64,000 nt of DNA from the human T2T-CHM13v2.0 reference genome, Homo sapiens: the NCBI RefSeq assembly GCF_009914755.1, contig NC_060926.1; one strand, written 5' to 3'. Positions 1 through 14,010 of this stretch are shown piece by piece (position 1 is the first letter of the stretch; every line of letters starts with the position of its first letter). Under the pieces are notes generated by a model. That model ran no database searches. It was not told the DNA's origin and worked only from the letters and a program-made list of their open reading frames with translations. Made by a program: the position numbers and the translations under genes.

Positions 1-2712
1 TAAATGTCTTTTCTCAGTCCATGGCTTGCTTTTTCCCTCATTTTAATGGTGTCTTTTAAATAACACAAATTCTTAATATATATTGCAATTTATTAATATT
101 TTTCTTTTATTGTTGGTGCTCTTGGGTCTTGTTAAGAAATTCTTGTTTACATCAAGGCTATGAAATATTTTCCTCTGTTTTCTTCTAAAGGTTTTATATT
201 CCACTTTTAGATCTATAATTCATCATGAATTTATTTTTGAGCATAGTGTGGGGTGGGTGTTAATATATATATTTTTCTTTTGACCCAGGTCCATTTCTTG
301 AAAAGACCACCCTTTCCCCCATTGCACTGCAATGTAATCTTTGTCATGATTCAAATCATTCTAAGTGTGACTCTGCTTCTGAATCTATGTTTTCTTTCTT
401 TGGTGTATTAGTCTATTAGAACATCACTGTGATTACTGTGGCTTTTGATAAGTCTGAAAAGTCCTCCAGCTTCACTTTCCTTATTCAAGATTATCTTTCC
501 TATTTTTGGCCCTTTGCATTTCCAGTATACGTTGTTAGAAAAGTCAAATGCCAACTGAAGGAAAAAAACTATTTGCATTTTTACTACACTTTTATTGAAT
601 ATATTAGTCAATCTGGGGAGAATTAACATGTATATAGTATGGGGTTTTCTAATCCATGAATATGGTATATCTTTCCTTGTTTTATTTATTTCAGTAATGT
701 TTTATAGATTATTGTGTAGACACTGCAAATTTTTGAGATATTCCTTTTTTTGGATTTACTATTATAGATTGTATTTATTTACAATTTAATTGTCTGATTA
801 TTTGTTGTGGTATTAGAAAATGCAATTTTTTATATTGATTTTTTAATCCATAAGGCTGGCTAAATTTCTTATTAATTCTAATGGTTTTTCATTGGATTTG
901 GTTATGAATATTCTAGATATAAAATCATGTTATCCTAAAAATGGAGTTTGGGGTTTCCCCCAAAGTTTATGTATTTTCCTTACTTGTAATTCTTAATTTC
1001 ATTGGTTAACACTACCAGCAGAATGTTGTATAGAAGTGGTGATAAGGCATTCTTATGTCAATTTGAATCTCAGGAGGAAAGCTTTCTATATTCCACCATT
1101 AAATATAAATGTGCTGAAATATTTTGTGGATACTTTATGAGAAACTTTCCTTTTATTTTTAGTTTACTAAGTGTTATTGTGGAAAGATACATTAATAAAA
1201 GGTATTTTCTAATTCTAATGAGTTAATTATATGAGTTTTCATCTTTATTCTGTTACTGGTGGTTAATTACAATTGAATTTAAATATTAGACCAACTCTAC
1301 ATTCCTAAAATAGTCACACTGACTTGTGTGTATTATCCTTTTTATATATTGCTGCATTAAGGTGCTAATATCTAGTATAAGATTTTTCATCTATGTTTTT
1401 TGAGAGATTTCCTGTAGTTTTTCTTCCTTGAATGTCTTTGTCAAGTTTTTAATGTAAACATTTTGATAAACTCATAAAAATGTTGGAAAGCTTGTCCTTT
1501 TTCTCCTGAACTCTGGATGTTTATATGAAACTAGTGTTTTTTATTTTCGCTCTAGAAATTTTTTTAGAAGGTGAAAGATTTGAAATTACAAATTCTATTT
1601 CTTCCTGTGTTGTTTATGTTAGGTTGTGTTTTACTAGGAATTAAGCCATTTCATTAATGGTATAAAATTGTTCATAAAACCTAATTTTGAATTTTTAATA
1701 CTTGTGAGCTCTACAGTGATAGTTTTAGTTCCTACTGTTAGCATTTTTTTAATCCATTCTGTTAGAAATTTCCTAATTTTTATTAGTTTTTTTAAAAAAA
1801 CCTACTTTTAATTTTGTTGATTTTGCATATTGAATGCTTGTTTTTTAATTTTATTAGTCTCTGTATTAATCTTTATACTTATTTTGGGTTTAACTTGTTG
1901 TTTGCTTGTTTTTTAAATTTATATTTCCCAAGATGGACATTTCAATTGTGAAGTTTTAGCCTTTTGTCTCATATACATTTAAGACTATAATTCTCTCTAA
2001 GCACTGTTTTAGTTGCATTCCAAAAATTTTGATAGATACTATGTATATTAACATTCAGGTCTCAATATTTCTAATTCTTGTGATCTTTCAGTTTTTTGGC
2101 CCATAGCTTATTTCTAAATGATTTATGTGTAGTGTGTGTGTTTGGGGGGGGGGGTGGTGTGTGCGCATGGGGAGGTGGGAGTGTTTCTTGTTACCTTTTC
2201 TACTTTGTTTTGATGCCTAACTTAATTCCACTGTTGTCAAAACACCCTATGAACACATTCAGTTTTTAAAAAATTGATATTGAAGCTTGCTTTAATATCT
2301 CAGCATATATGGTCATTTGATAAAAATACATCTTTTCTAATGTTGTTTGCAATGTTCTATACATAAAAATTAGAACAACAATTTATATGGTTTTGTTTAG
2401 ATCCTCTATATCCTTTTTGATTATTGTTCTGTTTTTTTCTGCTTATTAAAAGCAAGAAGTTAAAGGCCCCCATCGGGATTATAAATTTGCCTCTTGCTTT
2501 TTAGTTACATATTTTAACTCATACTGGTCAGGCAAACATACATAATTTTTATATCATCTGGCATATTGACTCTTACTATAGTATATTGCTCTTGGTTATA
2601 GCTATGCTTCTTACCTATTTTGTCTGCTATTCATATAGCAACACTAGCTTTATTTTGGATAGTGCTTGTGTGGTGCTCCTTTGTCCATCCTTTTTCTTTC
2701 AAAATTTCTGTG
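1..2712 (-). mobile_element. Ancient L1 (L1M/L1ME-like) ORF2 remnant, antisense; resumes at ~4080-4205 after a younger L1 insertion
   Basis: T-rich antisense ORF2-like phrases (e.g. ttgaatatattagtcaatctggggagaattaacat; ctctctaagcactgttttagttgcattccaaaaattttgata). The minus-strand ORF 408..629 has L1 ORF2-like text (YWKCKGPKIGKIILNK). Confidence 0.8.
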
Positions 2713-4079
2713 TAGACACATAGACCAATGGAAAAGAATGGAGAACCTGGAAATAAAGCTGCACACCTACAGCCATATGATCTTTAAGAAAGTTGATAAA
2801 GTAAGCAATAGAGAAAGGATTCTCTATTCAATCTGGTTCAGGGAAGGGATAGCTGGCTAGCCATGTGCAGAAGAATGAAACTGGACCCCTATCTTTTACC
2901 CTACACAAAATTTAACCCAAGATGGAGTAAAGAGTTAAATGTAAGACCTCAAACTATAAGAATCTTAGAAGAAAACCCAGGAAATACCATTCTGGACATT
3001 GCCTTTGGGAAATAATTTATGAATAAGCCCTCAAAAGCAACTGCAACAAAAACAAAAATTGACAAGTGGGACCTAATTAAACTAAACAGCTTCTGCAAAA
3101 CAAAATAAACTATCGACAGAGTAAACAGACAATCTACAGAATGGGAGAAAATATTCATAAATTATTCATCTGAAAAAGTCTAATATGTAGAATCTATAAG
3201 GAACTTAAACAATCTAACAAACAAAAACCAAACAACCCATTTAAAAGGTAGGCAAAACATATGAACAGATACTTCTCAAAGGAAGACACAGAAGTGCCCA
3301 ACAAACATATAAAAAATGCTCTATATCACTAAATATCAGAGAAATGCAAATCAAAACCACACCTCACGCCAGTCAGAATGGCTATCAGGAAAAATTCATA
3401 AAACAACAGATGCCGGCAAGGCTGTGGAGAAGATGGAACACTTACATGTTAGTGGGAATATAAATTAGTTTAGCCACTGTGGAAAGCAGTTTGAAGATTT
3501 CTCAAAGAATTTAAAACAGAACTACCATCGACTTAGCAATCCCATTACTGGGTATACATCCAAAGGAAAAGAAATTGTTGTACCAAAAAGACACATGGAC
3601 CTGTATGTTTACTGCAGTGCTGTTCATAATAACCAAGACATGGAATCAACCTTGATGCCTATCAATGGTGGATTGGATAAACGAAATGTGGTACATATAC
3701 ACCATGGAATTCTATGCAGCCATAACAAAGCATAAAATTATGTCTTTTGTAGTGGTATGGATACAGCTGGAGGTCATCATTCTGGGCAAATTAACACAGA
3801 AACAGAACACCAAGTACTGCATATTCTCACTTATAAGTGGGAGCTAAGCTCTGGGTACACATGGACATAAAGATGGAAACAATAGACACTGGGGACTACT
3901 AGAGTGGGGAAAGAGCGAAAGGAGAAAGGGATTAGAAACTGCCTGTCAGCTACTATGCTCTCTACTAGGCGGTGGGATCATTTATACCCCAAACCTCAGT
4001 GTCACACAATAAACTCATGTAACAAACCTGCACACTTAACCCCTGAATCTAAAATAAAAGTTAAAATTATTAAAAATAA
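2713..4079 (+). mobile_element. 5'-truncated L1PA (older, ~L1PA13-16) ORF2 3' end plus 3'UTR
   Basis: agacacatagaccaatggaa... through ctcacttataagtgggagcta to aaaataaaagttaaaattattaaaaataa. Flanked by ttctgtg at 2706-2712 and 4080-4086 (residual TSD). Confidence 0.9.
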
Positions 4080-4209
4080 TTCTGTGCTCACATATTATTT
4101 AAAATGTGTTTAAGTGGCATATATATTGATTTTATTGATTTTTTTAAACATACCTATCTTAGTTGTTTAATTGGAGTATTGTAATGTTTTACATTTAATA
4201 TAAGCACTA

Positions 4210-5560
4210 GTATATTTTTGATATACTGCTGAATTCAATTTGCTGATTTTTAAGTTATATCCATAATTTTAGATTGTAATTTTCTTTTACTGTAATGACT
4301 TGCTCAGGATTTTTCTGGTCTCATAAAATGCAATGGGATGCTCCCTTCTCTTCTATATTCTAGAAAAGTTTGTGTAGAATTAACATTTCCTTCTAACATA
4401 TTTGGTAGAATTTTCTAGTAATGCCATTAGTGCCTGGAGTTTTCTTTCTTGGAAGATTTTAACTATGATTAATGTCACTTATCAATAGAAATCTATGCAG
4501 TTTATCTGTTTATTTTTATATAAGCTTTGGGATTTTGTATCTTTCAGGCAATTGGTTCATCTCACTTATGTTGTTGAATTTTGGGGCATACAATTTTTCA
4601 TAATAGGCTCTTATTATCCTACTCATGGCTGAAAAGTCTTTAATGATACTCTCTCTTTCATTGCTGATACTGGTAAGTCTGCCTACTTTTGTGTGTGTGC
4701 TGTTTTGACTAGTGGTTTATAAATTTTTAAAATTTTTTTCAAATAACTAGGTTTGGTTTTCTTGATTTTTCTTTAATTCTTCTTATCAATTTACTTGATT
4801 TTTACTGTACTTTTATTTTTTTTCTGCTCACTTTGGGTTTTAGTTGTTCCTCTTTTTCTGATTGCTTCAGATGAAAGCTTAGAAAATTGATTTGAGATAT
4901 TTCTTCTCTATTATATGCATTTATTGATATAATTTCTTTTAAGCTCTGTTCCAGCTACATCCCACAATTTTGCTATATTGTTTCATTTTCCTTCAATTCA
5001 AAATATTTTCTAATTTCTTCAACGATTTCCTCTTTCACCCATATATTATTTGGAATTGTATTTTTTATTTTCAAAATATTCAGGTATTTTCCAGATATCA
5101 TTCTGTTATTGATTTCTTGTTTGATTCCCTTAGGGTGAAAACAATGTCATCATCTTAGTCTTTTTAAAATTGTTACAGTTTGTATTATGTCCAGAAAATG
5201 GTCCAGCTTGTGAAAGCTCCAATTGTGCTTAGAAAGAATATATACTTTGTTATTTTCATGTGAAGTGTCCCATAAATATCAATGGGATCAAGCTGGTTGA
5301 TAATATTGCTCAGGACTTCTGAATCCTTATTGATTTTATGTCTACTTGTTGTATTGATTACTTAGGAATGTTGAAGTATCCAATTATAAATGTGAATTTT
5401 CTATTTCTGCTTATTTTCTCTTAGTTTTGTTTCATATATTTTTAAGCTCTTATTAATAATTGTACATGCAAAATTAGCATTAATAAGATTATTGATGAAT
5501 GGAACATTTTTATCATTATATACTTTCCTTCTTTATCTTAATAATGTTCCACATTCTAAG
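4210..5560 (-). mobile_element. Old L1M ORF2 fragment (EN end to pre-RT), antisense
   Basis: gatatactgctgaattcaatttgctg, catatttggtagaattttctagta, cagctacatcccacaattttg and ttgaagtatccaattataaatgtg are antisense L1 ORF2 phrases. Confidence 0.8.
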
Positions 5561-6989
5561 ATCTTATGGCTTTGTTATTGCTGAGCAGTGGTAAAAGTTT
5601 TGAGACTCCACTTTGAGTCCTCTGATGCCACCCCAGCTATCAGGTCAACAAATGTCAACAAAGAGATGACATAGATGTTAGAATTATTAGACAAGGAATT
5701 TAAAACAACCAAGATAAAAAAAATTTTCAGTGAGCAGTTATAAACTTGCTTGAAACAAACAAACAATAAATAGAAAGTCTCAGCAAATAAATAGAAGATT
5801 ATAAAGAACCAAGCAAATTTTTGAACTGAAAGTACGCAAAATCGAAAATAAAAGCCTTAGGGAATGGGTTCAACAACACAATAGACAAAAAATAAGAACG
5901 AATCATTCAACTTGAAGATAGAACAATAGAAATTATCTGAACAATGTAAAGAAAATAGACTGAAGAAAATAAGCAGAGTCGTAGTGACCCGTGGGACTGT
6001 AATAAGTGATCTAACATTTGTGTCATCAAAGTTTCGGAAGGAAAGAAAAAAGAAGGTGGTCCTCTGAGTTTGTTCAACGAAATAACGGCAGAAAAATTTC
6101 CAAATCAGGCAAAAAAAAAAAAAAAAAAAAAAAAAAACTAGAAATTTAAGAAGCTCAATGACAAATAGGACGAACCTAAAGTAATTTACGCTAAAACACC
6201 TCATTGTCAACCTTCAGAAAACTAAAGACAAGGAGAAAATATATAAAGCAGCCAGAGAGAGATAAATGACACATTATCCATAGTGGAAAACAGTAGATTT
6301 CTTATTAGAAATCATGGAGGCCAAAAGGAAGTGGCACAGTATTAAAAGGCAGTAAAAGAAAACAAGTGTCAAACTAAAATTCCACATCTAATGAAAATAT
6401 TTTTCAGTCATGTAGTAAATCAAGACATTCTCAGATGAAGAAAAAATTAATTTGTTGCAAGGAGACCTACCTTAAAAAAATGCCTAAAGGAAGTTCCCTA
6501 AATGGAAAGAAAATTATAAAAGAAGAAAGGAACGAACATAATTTAAAAAAAATGAGTAAATGCAATAAACTGTCCTATTTTTTCTTAAATTTTTAAAGTT
6601 ATATTTTGATTATTGAAGATAAAATTTTAAGTGTCTGGCTTTCAATATCTGTAGAGAAAATATTTAGGACAACTATACTAATTTAGGACAACTATACTAA
6701 TATTATAAATGGGAGAGAGAGATAGGTTTCTAAACTTCACTCCAACTGGTAAATTGCTGATGCCAGTAGACTTTGATAAGTAATATCTGTGTAATGTAAT
6801 GCCTAAAATGATCACTAAAAAGATACACAAAATAGTACACTCAAAACATCCTATATTAATCAAATGGAATTCTAAAAATGTTCAAGTAACTTGTAGAGAG
6901 GCAAGAATAAGAAAATTGATATGAAAAAGAGAAAGAACAAACAGAAAACCAAAAGTAAATGGCAGATTTAAGTTTCTACATTCTCATCT

Positions 6990-7620
6990 TGTTACTGGAA
7001 AGGGGCCCCAGTCCAGACCCCAAAAGAAGACTCTTGGAACTTGTGCAAGAAATAATTTGGGTTGAGTTCATGGAGTAAAATGAAAGCAAGTTTATTAAGA
7101 AAGTAAATGAATAAAGAATGGTTACTTCACAGGCAGAGCAGCAGCATGAGCTGCTGGTTGGCCACTTTTATGGTTATTTCTTGATTACATGCTAAATAAC
7201 AGGTGGATTATTCATGAGTTTTCTGGGAAAGGGGTGGACAATTCCCGGAACTGACGGTTCCTCCTCTTTTTAGACCATATGGGGTAACTTCCTGATGTTG
7301 CCATGGCATTGTTAAACTGGCATGGCACTAGTGGAAGTGTCTTTTAGCATGCTAATGCATTATAATTAGCATATAATGAGCAGTGAGAGTGACCAGAGGT
7401 CACTCTCATTGCCATCTTGGTTTGGTGGACTTTCGCCAGCTTCTGTACTGCAGCCTGTTTTATCAGCAAGGTATTTATGACCTGTATCTCTTGCTGACCT
7501 CTATCTCTTCCTGTGACTTAGAATGCCTAACCTCCTGGGAATGCAGCCCAGTAGGTTTTAACCTCATTCTACCTAGCCCCTGTTCAAGATGGAATTGCTC
7601 TGGTTCAAATGCCTCTGACA
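6990..7620 (-). mobile_element. MER41 (MER41B-type) ERV1 solo LTR, complete, 631 bp
   Basis: The reverse complement begins TGTCAGAGGCATTTGAACCAGAGCAATTCCATCTTG (MER41 5' end) and ends ...TAACA. 4-bp TSD atct at 6986-6989 and 7621-7624. Confidence 0.92.
7221..7250. promoter_or_regulatory. Tandem GAS (STAT1) motifs within MER41
   Basis: TTCTGGGAA at 7221-7229 and TTCCCGGAA at 7242-7250, both matching TTCN3GAA. Function is inferred. Confidence 0.6.
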
Positions 7621-7985
7621 ATCTCATTATTGTAAATGGTCTAAATACACCAATTAAAAGACCTTTATGAAACAGTGGATAAGAAAACATGATACAACTC
7701 TATTCTGCATACAAGAAATTCACTTAAAAATATGTATTTTTAGAAGAGCAAAAATGTAAACTTCGAATCAAAGATTATTATTAGAGGAACATTCCGTAAT
7801 TATAAAAGTGTCTATACAGCAAGAAGACGTAATAATTCTGAATGTATATGTGCCATATCAACAGCAGTTTCAAAATCCATGAAGCCTAAACTGATAAAAC
7901 TTAAATGAAAAATACATAAATCCACCATTAGAGCTGGAAACTTCAATACCCCTTTTTCAACAATTGACATAAAAACTAGACTAAA

Positions 7986-8315
<330 letters not shown>

Positions 8316-8744
8316 TCAACAGTATCATCAACCAACAGAAACAAATAAAATTTTGTTGACTATTCCCCTAAACAGCAGAATACACATGTTTTACAGACTC
8401 TCATAGAACATATATCAAGGTAGTTCATATCGTGGGCCATAAAACAAACCTCAACAAATATACAAGAATTGAAAACATACAGACTGTGTCGTCTGACCAC
8501 AAAGAAATCAAAATAGAAATCAGTAACAACAACGACAATCAAAAAGTTTTCCTAACATTTGAAAAACAGATCATATGTTTCTAAATAATCCATGAATCGA
8601 AGAGAAAGTCTGGGGACACTTTAAAAAACACAGTAAACTAAATGTAAACAAAAACATAACATTTCAAAATTTGTAACATGTAGCTAAAGCAGTGCTGGAA
8701 AGAAAATTTGTAGCATTTAATACTTACATTAGAAAAGAGGAAAA

Positions 8745-8837
8745 AGAGCCTGGCAACATGGCAAAACCCCACCTCTACTAAAAATAAAAAAAAATTACCT
8801 GGGCAGCCTGGGTGACAGAGTGAGATCCTGCCTTAAA
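8745..8837 (+). mobile_element. ~90-bp Alu remnant (5'-truncated, internally deleted) with 14-bp TSD
   Basis: Left-arm end (gcctggcaacatggcaaaacccc...ctactaaaaata) joined to right-arm end (cagcctgggtgacagagtgag). agaaaagaggaaaa occurs at 8731-8744 and 8838-8851. Confidence 0.85.
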
Positions 8838-9999
8838 AGAAAAGAGGAAAAGTATCAAGTAGATAATATAAGCTACTGTCTCAAGAATCTAAAAACAGGG
8901 GAGCAACCTAAACCCAAAATAAGTGAAGGAAGAAAATAATAAAGAGAAGTCAATGATATTGAAAAGAGAAAATGATAGAGAAAAGAATTAAAAACAAAAG
9001 GCTAGTTTTTGAAACAACCGATAAAAATGATAAAATATAGAGAAGACATTAATTACCATACAGTATAAAATATTGAGATAACAAAATAATTATAAGATAA
9101 TAAGAATTATAAGAGAATCAAATAATTATAAAGGAATACTACAAACAATTCTCTATATATAAGTTGGACACCTTAGAGGAAATAAATATAATAATAATAA
9201 AGGAGATTTCCTTGAAAACTACACATTACCACAACTCTTTCAATATGAAATAGATAATTTGAATAGTCTTATAAAACCCTACTGCCTATAATTTTGAAGG
9301 AATTGAAATTATAATTAAAAACGTTCCAAAAAATCCAGACCCAGATACCTTCACTAAAAAGTTATACCAAAAGCTAAAGGAAGAATTTACACCAATTTTA
9401 CATAAGCTCTTCCAGAAAATGAAGGAGGAGAGAACACATCCCAGTTCATTCTATGAAGTCACTTTCTCAAACCAAACAAAATCAGTATAAAAAAGAAAAC
9501 TACACAACAAAATCCTTCATGTATAGAGATACATAAATTCTTTACAAGCCATTAGCAAAAAGAATTAAGCAATATATAAAAATATTTATACACTATGACT
9601 CGAATAGTAAAAACAATTCTGAAGAAGAATAAAATGGGAGAAATCTCTTAGCCCAATTTCAATCATTTGTAGATATTATAATAATCAAGACTGTGTGTTA
9701 TTAAGTTACAAAAAGTAATGAAACAGAATTGAGATCTTAGAAACAGCACCATACAATATGGCCAAATTATCTGAACATAAGTGTAAAAGCAATTTAGTGG
9801 AGGAAGAGTAACATTTTCAACACACAGCACTGAAGCAATTGAATAAACATAGGCAAAATAAGAAAAAAGAAAACTTAACCTAAATGTCATACCTTATGGA
9901 AAAGTTAACTCAAAGTTGATCATAGATTTAAATATTTAAATAATTTAGCTTTGAATTTTAAATAATTTAAAAGCTTTCATAAGTTTATAATTTATTTTA

Positions 10000-12620
10000 C
10001 GTTTTATTTTGAAAGAAATATTAGCTGGATATAGAATTACAGATTGGTAGTCATTTTCTTTCAGTATTTTAAACGTGTTTTTCAAGTGTGATTCATCTTC
10101 AGCTGTGTCATTTGAGAAGCCATGATAAAAATGCTCCTTTCAAGGTAAATGTGCTCTTTTCCCCTTTAAGTACTTTTAAGATTGCATGCTCTTTCGTTTT
10201 CATTAGGTTTTGAATGTTTTTACTAGGTATGATTTACTTTTTGTTCACTCTGCTAGGGTTTTGTTGTTCTTGAAGCTGTGACTTATTTCATTAGTTTTGG
10301 AAAATTCTTGGCCAATATTTTAAAATACTACTTTAGCCACAATCTCTCTTTTCTTTCTTTCTGAAATACCAGTTACACATATGTATGTATTTTTGCTACA
10401 TCTTTTATGTACTTTTCTGCATATTTAATTTTCTTTTATATTCATGTCATAGTCCTTGTATTTTCTACTGTTATTCGCAACCTGACTAATCCTCTTTTTA
10501 TGTCTCCAATCTGGGTTTATACCCATCTACTGAGTCTTGCATTTCAGTTCTTCTCTTTTTAAGTTCTAGATTTTACTTGATATTTTGTTATAGATTCTAT
10601 TTCTCAGGTGAAAATTTTCACTTTATCATTTAAAAACATACCAATAACAGTTATTTAAACATTAATCTCAGGCAATTCCTACATCTTGGTTGCCTGTGTG
10701 TGTGTTGCTATCATTTTTTGTTATTGTGGTTTTGGTTTTGGATTTAAAAAATCGAGTCCTTTTCCATTGTGTGGCAGGTAATTTTTGAATAGCTGCTGGA
10801 TATTGTGTATTAAACATTGTAGAAACTCTAGAAGATGTTATTTATGTTCCTTCAGAGAATCACCTAGAGTAGGATAGATGTGGTGGGAAATTAGAGTAGC
10901 ATAGATCACCACAAGCCAATCAGAGACTGAGCTGATTTATGATGGGGGTTTCAGTCCTTGATACTTTGTTATAGATTCTATTTCTCAGGGGAAAATTGGG
11001 GTGGTTTACCTAGGGTTTATCCCCACTCCTAAGATTTTCCATTCAGGGTTCCTAACTTAGAGTCTTAATTACTTACCAGAATCCCTATCCTCTGCATGTC
11101 CTTAACTCCAGTTTATTTTTTTTATTTTCAGTACTATGAAACAACAAAAAATCTACATTTTTAAATTATACTTTAAGTTCTAGGGTACATGTGCACAACG
11201 TGCAGGTTTGATACATAGGTATACATGTGTCATGTTGGTTTGCTGTACCCATCAACTCATCATTTACATTAGGTATTTCTTCTAATGCTATCCCTCCCCC
11301 AGACCCCCACCACATGACAGGCCCCGGTGTGTGATGTTCCCCTCCCTGTGTGCAAGTGTTCTCATTGTTCAATTCCCACCTATGAGTGAGAACATGTGGT
11401 GTTTGCTTTTCTGTTCTTGTGATAGTTTGCTGAGAGTGATGGTTTCTAGCTTCAAAAGCCAAAATAGACAAATGGGATCTAATTAAACTAAAGAGCTTCT
11501 GCATGGCAAAAGAAACTACCATCAGAGTGAGCAGGCAACCTACAGAATGGGAGAAAAATTTTGCAATTTACCCATCTGACAAAGGGCTAATATCCAGAAT
11601 CTACAAAGAACTCAAACAAATTTACAAGAAAAAAACAAACAACCCCATCAAAAAGTGGACAAAGGATATGAACAGACATTTCTCAAAAGAAGACATTTAT
11701 GCAGCCAAAAGACACATGAAAAAATGCTCATCATCACTGGTCATCAGAGAAATGCAAATCAAAACCACAATGAGATACCATCTCATGCCAGTTAGAATGG
11801 CGATCATTAAAAAGTCAGGAAACAACAGGTGCTGGAGAGGATGTGGAGAAATAGGAATGCTTTTACACTGTTGGTGGGGTATAAATTAGTTGAACCATTG
11901 TGGAAGACAGTGTGGCAATTCCTCAAGGATCTAGAACTAGAAATACCATTTGACCCAGCAATCCCATTACTGGGTATATACCCAAAGGATTATAAATCAT
12001 GCTAGTATAAAGACACATGCACATGTATGTTTATTGTGGCACTATCCACAATAACAAAGACTTGGAACCAACCCAAACGTATATCAATGATAGACTGGAT
12101 TAAGAAAATGTGGCACATATACAACATGGAAATTCTACATTTTTAAAAGATGCTTTCTGCTTGGCTTCTTAGCCTTTTGAGCTGTGAAACTTAGGAATTT
12201 GGCAAACTTCTTACTATGTAAATAATTGCCAGAAGTTAGGTTAATGTCTCTGAACTTCACTTTTCTTACAGATCTTGGTTCCTCATGTCTTGACTGCTTT
12301 GGGTTTTGTGAACTCTAATTTTTGTCTTTCCAGCTTCATGACATTATTTTCAGCCCTAGTGGCTTCTTTCCCTCTTAGAAGTAAACTTCTTTTGTGGATT
12401 CTTAGCGTCTCATTCTACTCCTTTCAAGAATCAGTATATGCCCCAAGAGGAAGAGAGGTATACAGATTATAGGAGTCATCTCAGTTAACATTACTTATTT
12501 ATGATATTTTGGCCTTTCAAATATTGGCTGCCTTGGAAACTCTGAAATATCTGAATTCTATTTTTTTATCTTTATGGGAACATGAGTCTGCTAAAACTAT
12601 TTCATCAAAACTTGAAGCAG
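10000..12620 (-). mobile_element. Ancient L1M ORF1/5' region, antisense, interrupted by L1PA at ~11.16-12.13 kb
   Basis: ttagctggatatagaattacagattgg, ttttggaaaattcttggccaatattt and ctgaaataccagttacacatatg resemble antisense ORF1 of old L1s. Confidence 0.65.
11161..12133 (-). mobile_element. L1PA (~L1PA5-7) with 5' inversion (twin priming)
   Basis: 3'UTR lies on the minus strand at 11161-11453, then ORF2 C-terminus on the plus strand at 11454-12131 (ORF 11503..11889). tctacatttttaaa at 11152-11165 and 12134-12147 is the TSD. Confidence 0.92.
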
Positions 12621-12869
12621 AAGTTAGGCACATTTTCTTTGGGCAATCTACCTGCCTATAGCCAAATATTGAGTCATTAAGAGCTAGGATGTGTCTGATT
12701 TTGATGTTGCAAATCCTTTAGTTAATAAGTATTCATTAGATACTTACTGAATGCTCAGCACTGTGATGTTATAGACTCTGTAGCTAATAGAATATAATTT
12801 CAAATATAGTTCCCAAATTTAGAATGTTACATGTAGCAGGAAATACAAAACAGGAAGAAAGTTGGAGAT

Positions 12870-14010
<1,141 letters not shown>

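Noticed and set aside
11503-11889. 128-aa ORF, the longest in the window
   Set aside because: It is the L1 ORF2p C-terminal fragment within the inverted L1PA, not a host gene.
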